DNA of 63,605 nucleotides, filler included, from Chrysochromulina tobinii (Eukaryota): NCBI GenBank assembly GCA_001275005.1. It is 4 parts of 4 records of this genome, joined end to end, with 100 filler letters (N's around TTAATTAATTAA, not from the genome) between each part and the next. Parts side by side here need not be neighbours in the genome. Positions count along the whole stretch, not along the records: positions 42,289 to 61,683 come from JWZX01001394.1; positions 61,784 to 63,605 come from JWZX01001481.1; 2 more parts are not named here. One strand, 5' to 3'. Under the pieces are notes generated by a model. It made no database searches and had not been told where the DNA came from. It saw nothing but the letters and a program-made list of their open reading frames with translations. How positions within the stretch are numbered: the first letter of the stretch is position 1; each line of letters starts with the position of its first letter. The translations under genes and the position numbers were made by a program. Below are positions 51,186 to 62,191 of the stretch, in pieces.

Positions 51186-51944
51186 ATGGTGAACAGTGCC
51201 AACAGTGCGGCACCCTTGTCGCTACCGCCATGGCCTCGAACGGCAGAGGAAATCATATCAAGCCGGAGAGGCAGTCATTCGGACGATCTCGATCTCTTAG
51301 CGATTGAGGCCGACGTCAAGATCACAGTGGCGAACGAGTCGCTCAAGCGGTTGCGCGGCGAGAAGTATCAGCTGCTCGCCATGATCGAGGCGTTGAAGAG
51401 CGACATTGCAAAACTGCCGCTGATCGAGCAGGAGGTGCTCTTCCACGCTGATCGCGCTGATAGGAAAGAGCGCCAGGTTCAGGACCTGGAAGCGCGAAAT
51501 ACCCAGCTCGAGGTCCTCGCTCACGCCCGCATGAGGTCCCACAAGCAGCTCCAATCGGCGGCACAGTTACGTAGCCTTCTCCAATGCAGCTGGTCGTTAT
51601 TGTTGGCCGGCGCTCTGCAAAAGTGGCGCGTGGCCGTGCTTGTGCTCATTCACGAGCCGCGCGATGCTGAGCTCGCGCAACTGCAATACCAAAACCTGCT
51701 CCTGCAACGCGCTGCCGGACAAATGCTCCGGCAGTCGAAGCAGGAGCTTGGCGCGACGGTTATGTGGCAAGCGTATCGTCGCGCAGAGTACTCGCTGATC
51801 GTCACCGCATGGGAGCGCTGGGTAGATGTGCCGCGGGCGCTGGAGACATACCAGAGATTCTCAGCAGGGCGAGCCATCAGTCATTACTCAGATCCCGTCG
51901 GGCCGGAGCACGCGCCTCGCACGCGGATCCGCGGCGGATACTAG
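51186..51944 (+). CDS. Hypothetical coiled-coil protein
   Basis: 252-aa ATG ORF. Confidence 0.5.
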   Translation: MVNSANSAAPLSLPPWPRTAEEIISSRRGSHSDDLDLLAIEADVKITVANESLKRLRGEKYQLLAMIEALKSDIAKLPLIEQEVLFHADRADRKERQVQDLEARNTQLEVLAHARMRSHKQLQSAAQLRSLLQCSWSLLLAGALQKWRVAVLVLIHEPRDAELAQLQYQNLLLQRAAGQMLRQSKQELGATVMWQAYRRAEYSLIVTAWERWVDVPRALETYQRFSAGRAISHYSDPVGPEHAPRTRIRGGY

Positions 51945-52346
51945 CTTAAGCCCAGGATACAGTCTTAATACAGTCTACTAGTTGGCAGGAATGCGAATCC
52001 CCTCCCACAGGGCTCGCGGTTGTAACGGACATCCATTTTTCAAACGCGATCGACGTCCGCTTCATCGCGCGCTATTTTAAGCGCTATTAAAGTATTATTT
52101 TATATTTAACGACGAACCGTCCCCGGGTCGCGCACCGGGACCACGCCACCGTCGTAACACGAAACACCGTCTCCACCGTCACCGCGGCGTGCGCGCGTCG
52201 CACACGGACACGCGTGTCCGGCGTCGACACTTCACACGGTCACACGTATCGATGTCAATGCAGCACGGCATCACACCGCACGTCATTTCGGAACTACACG
52301 GTTTGACGCTCCACTCCTGAGATCACTCCGCTGGTACCGTACCATT

Positions 52347-53849
52347 TTACCGCCACGCGGCACTGCCACGCTGTCGCGCAGCCCGCTCCGCCCCCACACC
52401 CAGTTGGAGGGCGCCTGTTGGGTGTGGGGGCGGAGCGGCGGCTTGCGAGAGAGTAAGCGAGAGAGCTCTTAAGAGAGCTCCGCTCGGCTTGATCTTCGAC
52501 GGCTTGGCGGGAGAGTTCTGGACGGCGCTCGACGCAGCGCCCAACGCAGCGCTCGATTGGCGGGAGGATGCCGTGGCACTGCCTGAACGCCTTCTCACCG
52601 TGTCACTGTGGTCGGTCGTTGAGGACCACGTTATCGTGTCGAGCTCCTGCTTTCGCTTCATGACTGCGTCGAGCTCCTCCTTGTCGCCGCCAGCGACATA
52701 TCCACGTATTCGAACAGCGGTGCCGTCCCTGAGCGCCTCCATCAGCGCCTCGCCGCGCTTCATGAGCTCGCTCACCTCGACATGTGCGGCGATGGCTTGC
52801 TTGGTGGTCGAGCGTCGCTCGAGCTCCGCCCTCCCAAGTCGGCCCTCGTCGATCTCGGCACTCGTGGCTGCGCCGCATCGGATCTTGGAATTGATCGCCT
52901 CAATGAGACGGTTGAGCTCGGCCCTTGACATGGTCTTGCGCACCGCATCAGCATGCGCACCGCCATCGGCCCGTCCTTCATCCTCATCGCCATTTCCCCT
53001 CGCTTCGGCGCGACTTTCCGCGACTTTCTGCTTGAGAAAGCTAACCATGTGGAAGGCGCTGCTATTGGCCAGCACAGCATAGTCTTTGGGCCGCTGAGTA
53101 CTGCTGATCACCGGAGCCGACGACGGGCGCGCGACTCGACATGGAGCCTTTGGTGGTGCCCGATGCAAAGCGGCCGGTGTCTCACTGAGCAGCCAGAGCG
53201 CCGATGTGTCGGTGTTGCCATTATGCAGCCTCAGCACATCTTCACACTTTGAGGGCACCGCGCCGGTCATCTCCTGGAGCAGAGACACCTTCGCCGGGTC
53301 GATGTGCATAGGCCCACCTGCAGGCCTTGTGACAGTCCTTGTGCGATGAGGAGTGGTACAAGTAACAAGAGTCCCGACGAAGGCCCGTGCCTGTGTGCTG
53401 GCATCGACTGCTGGCTCTGCCCATTTGCAGGCCGATTGGGGAGATGGAGATTTCGCTTGGCCATCATGCCACACTCCCCTGGACCAGTGTGCTGTCGGCC
53501 GCTGACGAGAATCTCCGATTGCTCCTGGCGAGGTGGCGTGCGGAACGTAATGCGGAACGCGACACGACGCCCAGCTGGATGCGTGCATGGTGAGCGTGGC
53601 ATGCGAAGAACTAGGGGTCAACTTGATGCTGCTGCCAGCGCTGGGCACGAGCTTTGCGGTCGCGGGCATGACGTCGTCAAACGGTCGGTGCCAAACGCGC
53701 ATGGACGTATAAGCGGTGGGCTTTGGCAAGCATGGCATGCTGTGCGATACGCTCATGACAGTCGCCAGCTTTTGCTGCACACGAGCGGCTGCTAGCGAAC
53801 TAGCACTTGGTTGCAGAGAATAGATCGCAACATTGGAGGCGGCGCCCAT
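52347..53849 (-). CDS. Hypothetical protein with UBA-like segment
   Basis: KVSLLQEMTG..CEDVLRLHNGNTDTSALWLL resembles a UBA/EF-Ts N-terminal helical bundle. Confidence 0.5.
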   Translation of the reverse strand: MGAASNVAIYSLQPSASSLAAARVQQKLATVMSVSHSMPCLPKPTAYTSMRVWHRPFDDVMPATAKLVPSAGSSIKLTPSSSHATLTMHASSWASCRVPHYVPHATSPGAIGDSRQRPTAHWSRGVWHDGQAKSPSPQSACKWAEPAVDASTQARAFVGTLVTCTTPHRTRTVTRPAGGPMHIDPAKVSLLQEMTGAVPSKCEDVLRLHNGNTDTSALWLLSETPAALHRAPPKAPCRVARPSSAPVISSTQRPKDYAVLANSSAFHMVSFLKQKVAESRAEARGNGDEDEGRADGGAHADAVRKTMSRAELNRLIEAINSKIRCGAATSAEIDEGRLGRAELERRSTTKQAIAAHVEVSELMKRGEALMEALRDGTAVRIRGYVAGGDKEELDAVMKRKQELDTITWSSTTDHSDTVRRRSGSATASSRQSSAALGAASSAVQNSPAKPSKIKPSGALLRALSLTLSQAAAPPPHPTGALQLGVGAERAARQRGSAAWR

Positions 53850-54118
53850 TCAGCCACCGCCGCCACCGCCACCCGAATGTGTGCTACAGGAGCTGCCGTA
53901 AGCGGCCCTCCACCGACTTCAAGGCCTATGACTGGAACAGCACGCCTGGAAAGAAGGATGTCTATGAAAATGCATGCTCTCTCTCAGATTGTGCATGTTC
54001 ACAGCCTTTGGTTGAAATTCGACACACAAGACACCGGACCGGCGTACATACGGATGCGGTTACCACTAGCTCGGGGACCCCTGGACACCCCTATTAAACA
54101 CACATTCATAGTACACTA

Positions 54119-54942
54119 CAGTCTTCCCCCCTCATTAAGAAAACAGGAATTTTAGGCTTGCCGTAGTTTCTTAGCGCCTTTGGCGCACCATGGGCTGGTT
54201 TCTTAGCGGGCCGGCCGATCAGGTGCTGATCGTTTTGGGCGTTTTCTTACACCTATTTCTAAGCGTTTTCGTCAGTTGCGTACTAGCGTACACCACTACA
54301 TGTACATTGGGGGGGTACTTAAAGGGGGTGGGGAAGCTGCGCGTACACTAGAGTGTCGATTCCTGAGCTGACCTTGTCGGTGTCAGCGCGTATGCTGGTC
54401 GCGGATGGCGGCGCGGTGGGCTTCAAGATCGCGGCCTGAACCGCCGAGTGCAGAGCAGCTCGCCTTCAGCAAGGAGATTGCAAGGAGAAGGTAAGGAGAA
54501 GGAGGTGCCAGGTGATGCGCTGGTTGGCGTATCAATTCTCTACAATTGGCCGGTGGTGGGCTGGTGCATGGGACAGATCGTGGAGCGCAACACGGATGGG
54601 CGCTTGTTCAAGACGATTGGCGGTGAGCGAGTGAAAGTAAACTTTCTCATATTCTACGAGATCGCCCAGCAGACTGTGAAGACAGTGTTGCGCCTGGATG
54701 ACTATGATAGTGAGTGGGTTTTGTTGGCAAGCATCGACGCCATAGTCCCAATAGAGCCGGGGCCCGAGCCAGGCGCACACGGTATGGCTCGCGGACCCGG
54801 CCCGGACGTGGGCGCGGACATGTAGAGAGGGTGACCAGCGGGCCCTAACCTCTAGCCATGGGCTGTTTTCTTAGAGCCCCAGGGCACTTTTGCTTGCCGT
54901 AGTTTCTTAACATCGTGTTTTCTTAATGGGGGGGGAAGACTG
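54119..54942. mobile_element. Non-autonomous Tc1/mariner/pogo-type TIR DNA transposon (824 bp)
   Basis: 27-bp TIRs at 54119-54145 (CAGTCTTCCCCCCTCATTAAGAAAACA) and 54916-54942, with 1 mismatch. TA on both flanks. No transposase. Confidence 0.88.
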
Positions 54943-55196
54943 TAAACAACAGACAACCAAACGGAAGCCTATCGAATGTGCTCCGGAAGCCAGCAGTGGA
55001 GGACGGGAGTCGATGGAGATGGCGGAGGGGGGTCCATAATGAGGTGACACGTCATAAGTGCTGACATACGTGCCCTCGGAGAACATGTAGGTGACTTGAC
55101 TTTCGTGGCGTGGTTTTGGGCAAACAGCTCGCGCCAAAGCGCGCACGCACTGGTTCAGTCGGCTCGCGCTTTCGCGCGACGCGCTGCCACCCCCCG

Positions 55197-56579
55197 ATGC
55201 CGGACCTTCGTCAAGAGGGGTCTTCGACCGTCGGCGAGCTGTCTACGCTGCCACTCTCAACCGAGCTGCTGAAGTATTACCGCGCACGGCTCGAATCCTC
55301 CGAGGCAGAAATGCGTGGCCTCGAGAGCCGCATCGATGCCTGCGCGGCCTCCCAGGCCGCGCAGCACAAAGCTCGCTGGGAAACGCTCAAGCGCATGGAC
55401 GAAATCACCGACCTGCAAAAGGCGCTGAGCGACTCGCACATCTACCTATGGGAGGAGCGCGAAAATTGCCAGCGCCTGCAGGCCGAGAACGACGAGCTGC
55501 GCATTCAGGAGCTCGAGGACCGGCGCAAGATCCAGCACCTGCTCTCGCTCGTTGACCCGCTCGTGCAGGACACGACGTATGTGCGCGACTCGGCACCCGA
55601 GACGATGACACTCCATCCGCACGCGCGCTCGACCACAACTCCCGTCGCCGCGGGCAGCCATCGCAGCAACGCCCCCCGCAGGGGCGGCGGCAGCGGAGGC
55701 GGAGGCGAGGGCGGCGTGGCGGGCACGGCGGGTGTGCACTCGGACGGCACGCGCGTGCTGCGGACGGTCTACATGCCCAACGAGCAGGTCGACGCGCTGC
55801 TCCTCACCGTCGAGTCGCTGCGCACGCAACTGCAGCAGCAGGAGCAGCTCGGGCGCGAGCGCGTGGCGGCACTTCTGGAGGACAGGCGGCTGCGGCTGGC
55901 CGAGGAGCGCGCGCGGCGCGCGGCCGAATCGGACCGCGCGCAAGAGGCAGACGCGACGCTTGAGAAGACGCAGCAGATGCTGCACCAGTACACCAAGGAC
56001 TACCTCTCTCTCAAACACGAGGGTCTCACCGAGCGGCGCCAGCTTGTCGAGCGGCTCGAGGATTGCACCAGGGAGCGCGATCGACTCGCCGAAGAGCTGC
56101 ATGCGTACAAGGCCAAGGCGGAGATCGAGATGCATGCGGTCAACTCCTCCGCGCGCTCGGGCGCCGAGCAGTACATCGCCCTCTACCGGCAGCAGGTGAG
56201 CGATACAGAGCGCACAATGGGCCTACTCAAGGACCAACACAATGGGCTGCAGCAGGCGCTCGCGATGCGGATCAAGGAGCTCGAGGCGACTGTGCTGCGA
56301 CTCAAGCAGAGCTACCGCGAGCTCGACCAGCGGCGCGCCCTCGAGGTCGAAGGCTTCACGCAAGAGATCGGGCTGATGCGCAAGCAAGTGCGCCGTCTGG
56401 AGCTACGCCTCTTCGGGCGGAAGCCCGGGCTCTCCGAGGCAGAGGCGGAGGCGAACGTGCCCACGCCGCGCGGCGCGAGCGCAAAGGTGGCGCACGGCGC
56501 GAAGGCGTTGCGTGCCATGCAGGCCCGCGTCGCCGCGCTCGAGAAGAGCCTACTCACCCTCGACGAGGATGACATGTGA
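55197..56579 (+). CDS. CCDC77: Coiled-coil domain-containing protein 77 homolog (centriolar)
   Basis: LPLSTELLKYYR, LQKALSD..IYLWEERE..LQAENDELRIQELEDRRKIQHLL, RRALEVEGF. Confidence 0.82.
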   Translation: MPDLRQEGSSTVGELSTLPLSTELLKYYRARLESSEAEMRGLESRIDACAASQAAQHKARWETLKRMDEITDLQKALSDSHIYLWEERENCQRLQAENDELRIQELEDRRKIQHLLSLVDPLVQDTTYVRDSAPETMTLHPHARSTTTPVAAGSHRSNAPRRGGGSGGGGEGGVAGTAGVHSDGTRVLRTVYMPNEQVDALLLTVESLRTQLQQQEQLGRERVAALLEDRRLRLAEERARRAAESDRAQEADATLEKTQQMLHQYTKDYLSLKHEGLTERRQLVERLEDCTRERDRLAEELHAYKAKAEIEMHAVNSSARSGAEQYIALYRQQVSDTERTMGLLKDQHNGLQQALAMRIKELEATVLRLKQSYRELDQRRALEVEGFTQEIGLMRKQVRRLELRLFGRKPGLSEAEAEANVPTPRGASAKVAHGAKALRAMQARVAALEKSLLTLDEDDM

Positions 56580-56786
56580 GGTTCGATACCGTGGGGACGG
56601 GAGTTCACATGGTTCGGGAGGCCGGGGCTACCCGTGCCCGGTGACGGTGCGTCCGAAGGGAGTCTTCAGATTTTTCAGCGTGACCTGCGACCGTTGAGTT
56701 TTCTGGGGGGGTGGCTTGCTTGGGGGGTTGATTGAAGCAACTTTCACGCTTGAGACGGCGCTTCTGACACGGTCCCCGCGCCGCCA

Positions 56787-59456
56787 ATGCGACACGCTTG
56801 GAGTGCGCTCCTTCTTGCGTGCGTGTGCGCGGCGGCGGAGGACACGCACTACGACGTTCTAGGCGTCAAGCGTGACGTCAGCCCTGCCACGCTCAAGAAG
56901 GCCTATTACGGGTTGGCGCGCTCGTTGCACCCGGACAAGGTGACTGATCCGGTCGCAAAGGCGGAGGCGGAGCTGCAGTTCAAGCGTGTGGCCGATGCAT
57001 ACTCCATATTGTCTGATGAGACCACGCGTAAGGCGTATGACTACGAGATTTCTTCGCCAAGGCACCAGCAGAGGGATGTTGAGGAGAAGCAGCGGATGCG
57101 GAAGCAAACAGCAGGTCAGGCCAGCCCACTAGATGGCGTGCGCGAGGTTGTCTCGTCGCTCGACGAGCTCGCCGACCTGACAGAGGGCAAAGCTGGCAAG
57201 CTCACTCGGCACGTGCTCATCGCGCTGCACGACACTCGCGAGGCTGCGTGCGTGGAGCAGATGCGCAACATCAACTTCCCAGAACCGTTCATTGGCATGT
57301 CGCAGGAGTGGCATGGTGTCAAGTGGTCGGACATCATCGTGGTCGCTAGGCACAATGTGGGACCTTCGCTCGCGAGCGGTCGTCCCTCGACTGTCCTGTC
57401 GGCATACGAGAAGGAGGTCGGCCCCGCCACGCGCGGCACTCGAGGCGTGCGAATGCCACGATGCCCAACGATCATCTTTCAGTCACGTGGCGAGCGGCTC
57501 GGCCGTGGCGCGGCGCACGGTGACAGCCCGAGCTCTGACACGGCATTCTACACGTGGGTGTTCAGTTTCCTGCAGGTGCCGCTCACCATCCGCAGCGAGT
57601 ACCCCTCGAAGGTGCGCATCAATTGGATCCACGGATCAGAGGTCAAGGAGCTTTTTGTGCTCGCGCCTCAGGGCTCGGTCGAGCGCATGGTTTACCTCTC
57701 GCACACGCTGCACGCGGAGCGCATCGACCGCAAGGGGACGCACATCAGCGACAACACGAGCCTACTCATCTTTCGCGTGACGAACCGCTCCGAGATGGTC
57801 GTGCGCCCCAAGGCGTGCCTCGACCTGACCGCTGACTGCGACGAATGGAAGCGCAAGGGCGAGTGCCAGAGCAACGCGCAGTACATGAAGGCAGAGTGCT
57901 CGCTCTCCTGCGGCACGTGCAGCGAAACTGGGCCGTCGGCCAAGAAGGGCGGGGCGGCGGCGGCGGCCAAGAAGGGCGGGGCGGCGGCGGCAGCGGCCAC
58001 CACGGCAGCAAAGGTGGCGCGTCCCGACGAGAAGCTCTGCGTCGACGACCACCTCGAGTGCGTGGCCTGGGCGCTGCAGGGGGACTGCAAGTCCAATCGT
58101 CGGTACATGCACGAGAACTGCAAGCGCTCATGTGGGCTGTGCGGCTCGTGCTTCGACAATGCGACCACCTGCGCGCTGTGGAAAGCGAACGGCGAGTGCG
58201 AGACCAACGCTGCCTACATGCGCACCGCATGTGCCTTCTCCTGTGGGTTTTGCGACGGCGTCGCCGGCGGCGGCACGGCCGACGCCGACGCCGCGCCGTG
58301 CGTAGACGACTTGAGCGACTGCTTGCTGTGGGCCGCGAGCGGCGAGTGCAAATCCAATGAAGAGTACATGGGGGCGCACTGCCGGCGCGCCTGCGGCAAG
58401 TGCGGCACCGGCGAGTGCGAAGACGACAAGGACAAGAAAGCTCATTGCGCGCTGTGGGCCTCGCAGGGCGAGTGCATCCAGAATGCGCGCTTCATGAGTA
58501 AGACGTGCCGCCGCTCGTGCGGCCTGTGCGGTGACGGCGCGTCTGGCGAGGTGGCCACGTCGTCCATGTGCGAAGACGCGCACAAGCGCGACGGTGAGTG
58601 CGGTCGCTGGGCCTCGGCTGGTAATTGCGAGACTAACAAGGCGTGGATGCATGAACACTGCAAGCGTTCGTGCGGCCTGTGTGACTGCGCCGATCTCGCG
58701 CCGAAGGGATGCATCGACTGGAAGATCGACCAGCAGTGCACGCGCAACCGGCGCTTCATGGTCAAGCATTGCTTCAAGTCGTGCGGCTGGTGCGGCAAGC
58801 TCGAGGTGGACGCGGGCAAGGATGCTTGCTATAATGAGGACATCAAGTGCGAGACTTGGGTCAAGGATGGTGAGTGCAGCCGCAACCCGGACTTTATGAA
58901 GCAGGAGTGCATGAAGGCGTGCGGGCTGTGCACCACTAATCCGCCACCGCCCGTGACCGAAAAGGTGCCGAGGAGAGGCGAGGCGCCCCCAGCGGCGCCG
59001 TCTGGCCGGCCTGCTGCCAAGCCTGCCCCCGTCCAGCCTGCCGCCGCCAAGCCTGCCGCCGCCAAGCCTGCCGCCGCCAAGCCTGCCGCCGCCAAGCCCG
59101 CCGCCAAGCCCGCCGCCGCTACCTCACAGCCAACGCCAGCATCGGCGGCCGTGCTCGACAAGGCTGCTTGTGCGGACAAGGATCATCGTTGCGACGCGTG
59201 GGCAGGGGCCGGGCACTGCGAGCAGAAATTCATGGTCCAGACGTGCCCGACCTCGTGCAAGAGCCCCGACTGTACTGCGCCCGCAGCGCCTGAAGTGGCC
59301 TGCGAGGACAAGCTGTCTACGGACTGCCCAGTGCTCGCCCGCTCAAACGAGGCGTGCGAGACCGGCTTCATGAAGGAGAATTGCGCCCTCTCATGCGGAC
59401 GATGCGGCAAGCGTCCAGCGCCGTCGCAGCGGGCGCGGGGTAAAGAGGAGTTGTAG
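56787..59456 (+). CDS. ER-luminal DnaJ protein with about 10 ShKT domains
   Basis: Signal peptide, HYDVLGV..HPDK..AYSILSD (J domain), ten six-Cys ShKT-like units and C-terminal KEEL. Confidence 0.88.
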   Translation: MRHAWSALLLACVCAAAEDTHYDVLGVKRDVSPATLKKAYYGLARSLHPDKVTDPVAKAEAELQFKRVADAYSILSDETTRKAYDYEISSPRHQQRDVEEKQRMRKQTAGQASPLDGVREVVSSLDELADLTEGKAGKLTRHVLIALHDTREAACVEQMRNINFPEPFIGMSQEWHGVKWSDIIVVARHNVGPSLASGRPSTVLSAYEKEVGPATRGTRGVRMPRCPTIIFQSRGERLGRGAAHGDSPSSDTAFYTWVFSFLQVPLTIRSEYPSKVRINWIHGSEVKELFVLAPQGSVERMVYLSHTLHAERIDRKGTHISDNTSLLIFRVTNRSEMVVRPKACLDLTADCDEWKRKGECQSNAQYMKAECSLSCGTCSETGPSAKKGGAAAAAKKGGAAAAAATTAAKVARPDEKLCVDDHLECVAWALQGDCKSNRRYMHENCKRSCGLCGSCFDNATTCALWKANGECETNAAYMRTACAFSCGFCDGVAGGGTADADAAPCVDDLSDCLLWAASGECKSNEEYMGAHCRRACGKCGTGECEDDKDKKAHCALWASQGECIQNARFMSKTCRRSCGLCGDGASGEVATSSMCEDAHKRDGECGRWASAGNCETNKAWMHEHCKRSCGLCDCADLAPKGCIDWKIDQQCTRNRRFMVKHCFKSCGWCGKLEVDAGKDACYNEDIKCETWVKDGECSRNPDFMKQECMKACGLCTTNPPPPVTEKVPRRGEAPPAAPSGRPAAKPAPVQPAAAKPAAAKPAAAKPAAAKPAAKPAAATSQPTPASAAVLDKAACADKDHRCDAWAGAGHCEQKFMVQTCPTSCKSPDCTAPAAPEVACEDKLSTDCPVLARSNEACETGFMKENCALSCGRCGKRPAPSQRARGKEEL

Positions 59457-59973
59457 CGCCGGCGCTGCGGCTGGCTGGGACTCATTCAATTGACAATTCC
59501 ACTCAAAATTCATTCAACCACAATCCACATCTACTTGTACCACGATCCACGTGCCCGGTGCGCGGTGGTTCTCCGTTGCAATATGCAAGTTATCGTTGCC
59601 ATTCACGCTTATTCTCAGTCCCGCGAGCCGCGACACAATCCGCGCTATCATTCAATACATCATGTCCCATCAACTCGGTAGAGCCAGACACGGAGACAGT
59701 GAAATAATCAGTAAAATAACTTCACCTGCAGCTTCACCTGCAGACTTCACGAACTAGATTTTAAGGATTTGGCTATTTTGGTTTTGGGCTGGTTGTTAAC
59801 TTGAGTTTGGGATTTCCACGTTCGATTCTGAAAGTAATGAGCTTGAGTCTTTTAGAACTCAATGGGAGAGCAGGGGACACCTCTGGCTCGTGTTGCGAAC
59901 TTGCATGCAGCAAAAATCAGGTTCGAAGTCAACGTCAAAACGACGCTCATTCGACAACGCTTTGGGCCAGGGA

Positions 59974-61560
59974 ATGGACGGCGGCGCCTACGCGGTCGCC
60001 GAGGACCGATGCCGCATTTACTATTACGATGCGCACGTGAAAACTGGCATAGGGCCGCTGCCGCCAAAGAAGCTGCCACGCTCGTGGTCGATACACCACC
60101 GATACAATACCGAGGCCTGGCTCTCCGCCGCAATGCAACATGGCCACCCATGGCGCGTTCGAACGCAGGCTGAAGCTGACGTCATCTTGGTCGGCGCCAC
60201 GTTTGCGCAAGCGTGCATTGCGGACAAAAAGTTCTATGCCCGAAACCTGTGGCAGCACGTGCTGCGTGATGCGTTCTTGTGGCCGGTGGATGGTGGCCGT
60301 GGCATCGGTGACATGAGCGCAAAGCGTGCAGCCGAGCTGGCTTCAGATAATACCGCGGACTGGGGCCCGCCCAAGGCGTTCTCGATGCAGTACCCGAATT
60401 GCCCGCCATGGGTAGACAATAATCGGACGGCGTACTTTCCGCGTGATGCGATGCTGCTCACCGAATTCACGGTCTCGGGCATTGATGCACGTGGCGGCAG
60501 TATCATTACGCCATTCGTCGTCTCGCAGCCGACGTGGCTCGTAAGCTCGCGCGAGAGCAGCGTCTCGTCTGCACAAGAAGATCTGGCTGTGCGCGGCAGT
60601 GATGTCTTGCGTGCGCCCCTTGCTTGGAAGGCGCGCAAGCTGCTCCTGTTCGTGGGCCACCTGCCCAAAGTGGGCATCTCGCCCTCACGGTACCAGATCT
60701 GGCGGCAGGTGAGGCGCGATCCGCGAGTGACGACCAAGTCACATTCGGGCAACTGCACAATTGGGTCGTACCGCGAGTGTGAGCATTCCAAGGTCTGGCT
60801 ACGTGCGCAGCCGACGTCATATTTTGTCAGCCGCTGTTGGCCATACTGCAAGAACGACAAGAGGCTCAGCTGCGCGGCGTCTGCGCTGCTCTCCCCGCTG
60901 CAAAACTACGAGTTGATGCGCAAGGACTGCCTGCGGCACAAGCCTCGTCACTCGCATGGCAACTTGAGCGCTGAGGTGAGCGCCGACCTCCACCGAGACG
61001 CGTCGCTACGATGGACCGACTCTGAGTACTATGCCCAGGCTATGGGCCACCGCTTCTGCCTCATCGTGCATGGCGATCTTGCAGGCACGCCCAAGATTGG
61101 CGAGGCCGTCAACATTGGCAGCGCCGGCGGCTGCTTCCCCATCTTTGTCGTGAAGCTAAAGATGGGGAAGCGTGGCATGAGCACGGAGGAAGCGCTCGCA
61201 TCGGCAGTCCGCCACTCATACCCGTACAGCCGTTGGCTTGATTACTGCCGTATTGGCTTCTTTGTGCCTGAGCACCATGCCACCCGTAACATGCATGCGG
61301 TCCTGGACGCCCTCGAGGGCCTCCAAGAATTTGAACTGCTCCAGAAGCGTCGGGCGCTGCGTCAAGTACACCACGCGTTTGCCTTCCGACCCAATTGTTC
61401 GCTGCCGATGGCGCCGTGCGCCACCGACTACATCCTAGCGGAGTTGTGCGCAGCCGCTGGTCGCCTCAAGCTCAACAACAACATGACGGTTCGCAGCATC
61501 CCGGTGGCGGGTAGCAGCGAGGGCTCGGGCCAAGGGCTGAAGCGTTGCCTCCTTCTTTGA
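59974..61560 (+). CDS. Exostosin-like glycosyltransferase (GT47); start uncertain
   Basis: IYYYD, HPWRVRTQAEADV, RKLLLFVG, YAQAM..RFCLIVHGD..IGEAV..GCFPI, PYSRWLDY. Confidence 0.75.
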   Translation: MDGGAYAVAEDRCRIYYYDAHVKTGIGPLPPKKLPRSWSIHHRYNTEAWLSAAMQHGHPWRVRTQAEADVILVGATFAQACIADKKFYARNLWQHVLRDAFLWPVDGGRGIGDMSAKRAAELASDNTADWGPPKAFSMQYPNCPPWVDNNRTAYFPRDAMLLTEFTVSGIDARGGSIITPFVVSQPTWLVSSRESSVSSAQEDLAVRGSDVLRAPLAWKARKLLLFVGHLPKVGISPSRYQIWRQVRRDPRVTTKSHSGNCTIGSYRECEHSKVWLRAQPTSYFVSRCWPYCKNDKRLSCAASALLSPLQNYELMRKDCLRHKPRHSHGNLSAEVSADLHRDASLRWTDSEYYAQAMGHRFCLIVHGDLAGTPKIGEAVNIGSAGGCFPIFVVKLKMGKRGMSTEEALASAVRHSYPYSRWLDYCRIGFFVPEHHATRNMHAVLDALEGLQEFELLQKRRALRQVHHAFAFRPNCSLPMAPCATDYILAELCAAAGRLKLNNNMTVRSIPVAGSSEGSGQGLKRCLLL

Positions 61561-61683
61561 ACTTTGAGTGTGGAAGCGCCACGCAACCAGAAAGCCAGAG
61601 CTCATGGTTTAACGTTGAGACACTGTTGAGACGTTTGTATTAACACTTAAGCTCAGGAAGTGTTAGCCTGTCTCAACACCTGT

Positions 61684-61783
61684 NNNNNNNNNNNNNNNNN
61701 NNNNNNNNNNNNNNNNNNNNNNNNNNNTTAATTAATTAANNNNNNNNNNNNNNNNNNNNNNNNNNNNNNNNNNNNNNNNNNNN
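61684..61783. other. Assembly linker (N-TTAATTAATTAA-N)
   Basis: 100-bp spacer carrying a six-frame stop sequence. Confidence 0.98.
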
Positions 61784-61961
61784 CACCGTCACTCTGAACA
61801 ACACTAGCGCACACCAACTTTTACGACCACGAGAATCCACACGCGACCTTCGCGCCGGGCGCTTGTCCTTCGCCTTGGAGTGCGTGCACGGGAGGTGCGA
61901 GCGACGTGCCTTGCAGATACCACAGCGTTCCCGCCATCTCTCCCCACCCATCTCCCCTGTG

Positions 61962-62167
61962 TGGCGCCTTTTGGCGCCCCCATGATGATGCTCTCTCGGG
62001 ATCGTCCCTCATGCACCGGTGCGCCAGCGCGGCGTCAGTTCCCGCGCTGCTGAAACTCTCCCCACCCATCTCCACTGCGGCGCCTTTTGGCGCTCATGAT
62101 GATGTTCATGCTCTCTCGGGATCGTCCCTCATGCACAGGTGCGCCAGCGCGGCGTCAGTTCCCGCGC
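61962..62167. repeat. About 85-bp imperfect direct repeat, two copies
   Basis: GGCGCCTTTTGGCGC..ATGCTCTCTCGGGATCGTCCCTCATGCAC.GGTGCGCCAGCGCGGCGTCAGTTCCCGCGC occurs twice. Confidence 0.85.
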
Positions 62168-62191
62168 CCGGTGTGCTGAAACGAGCACGCC

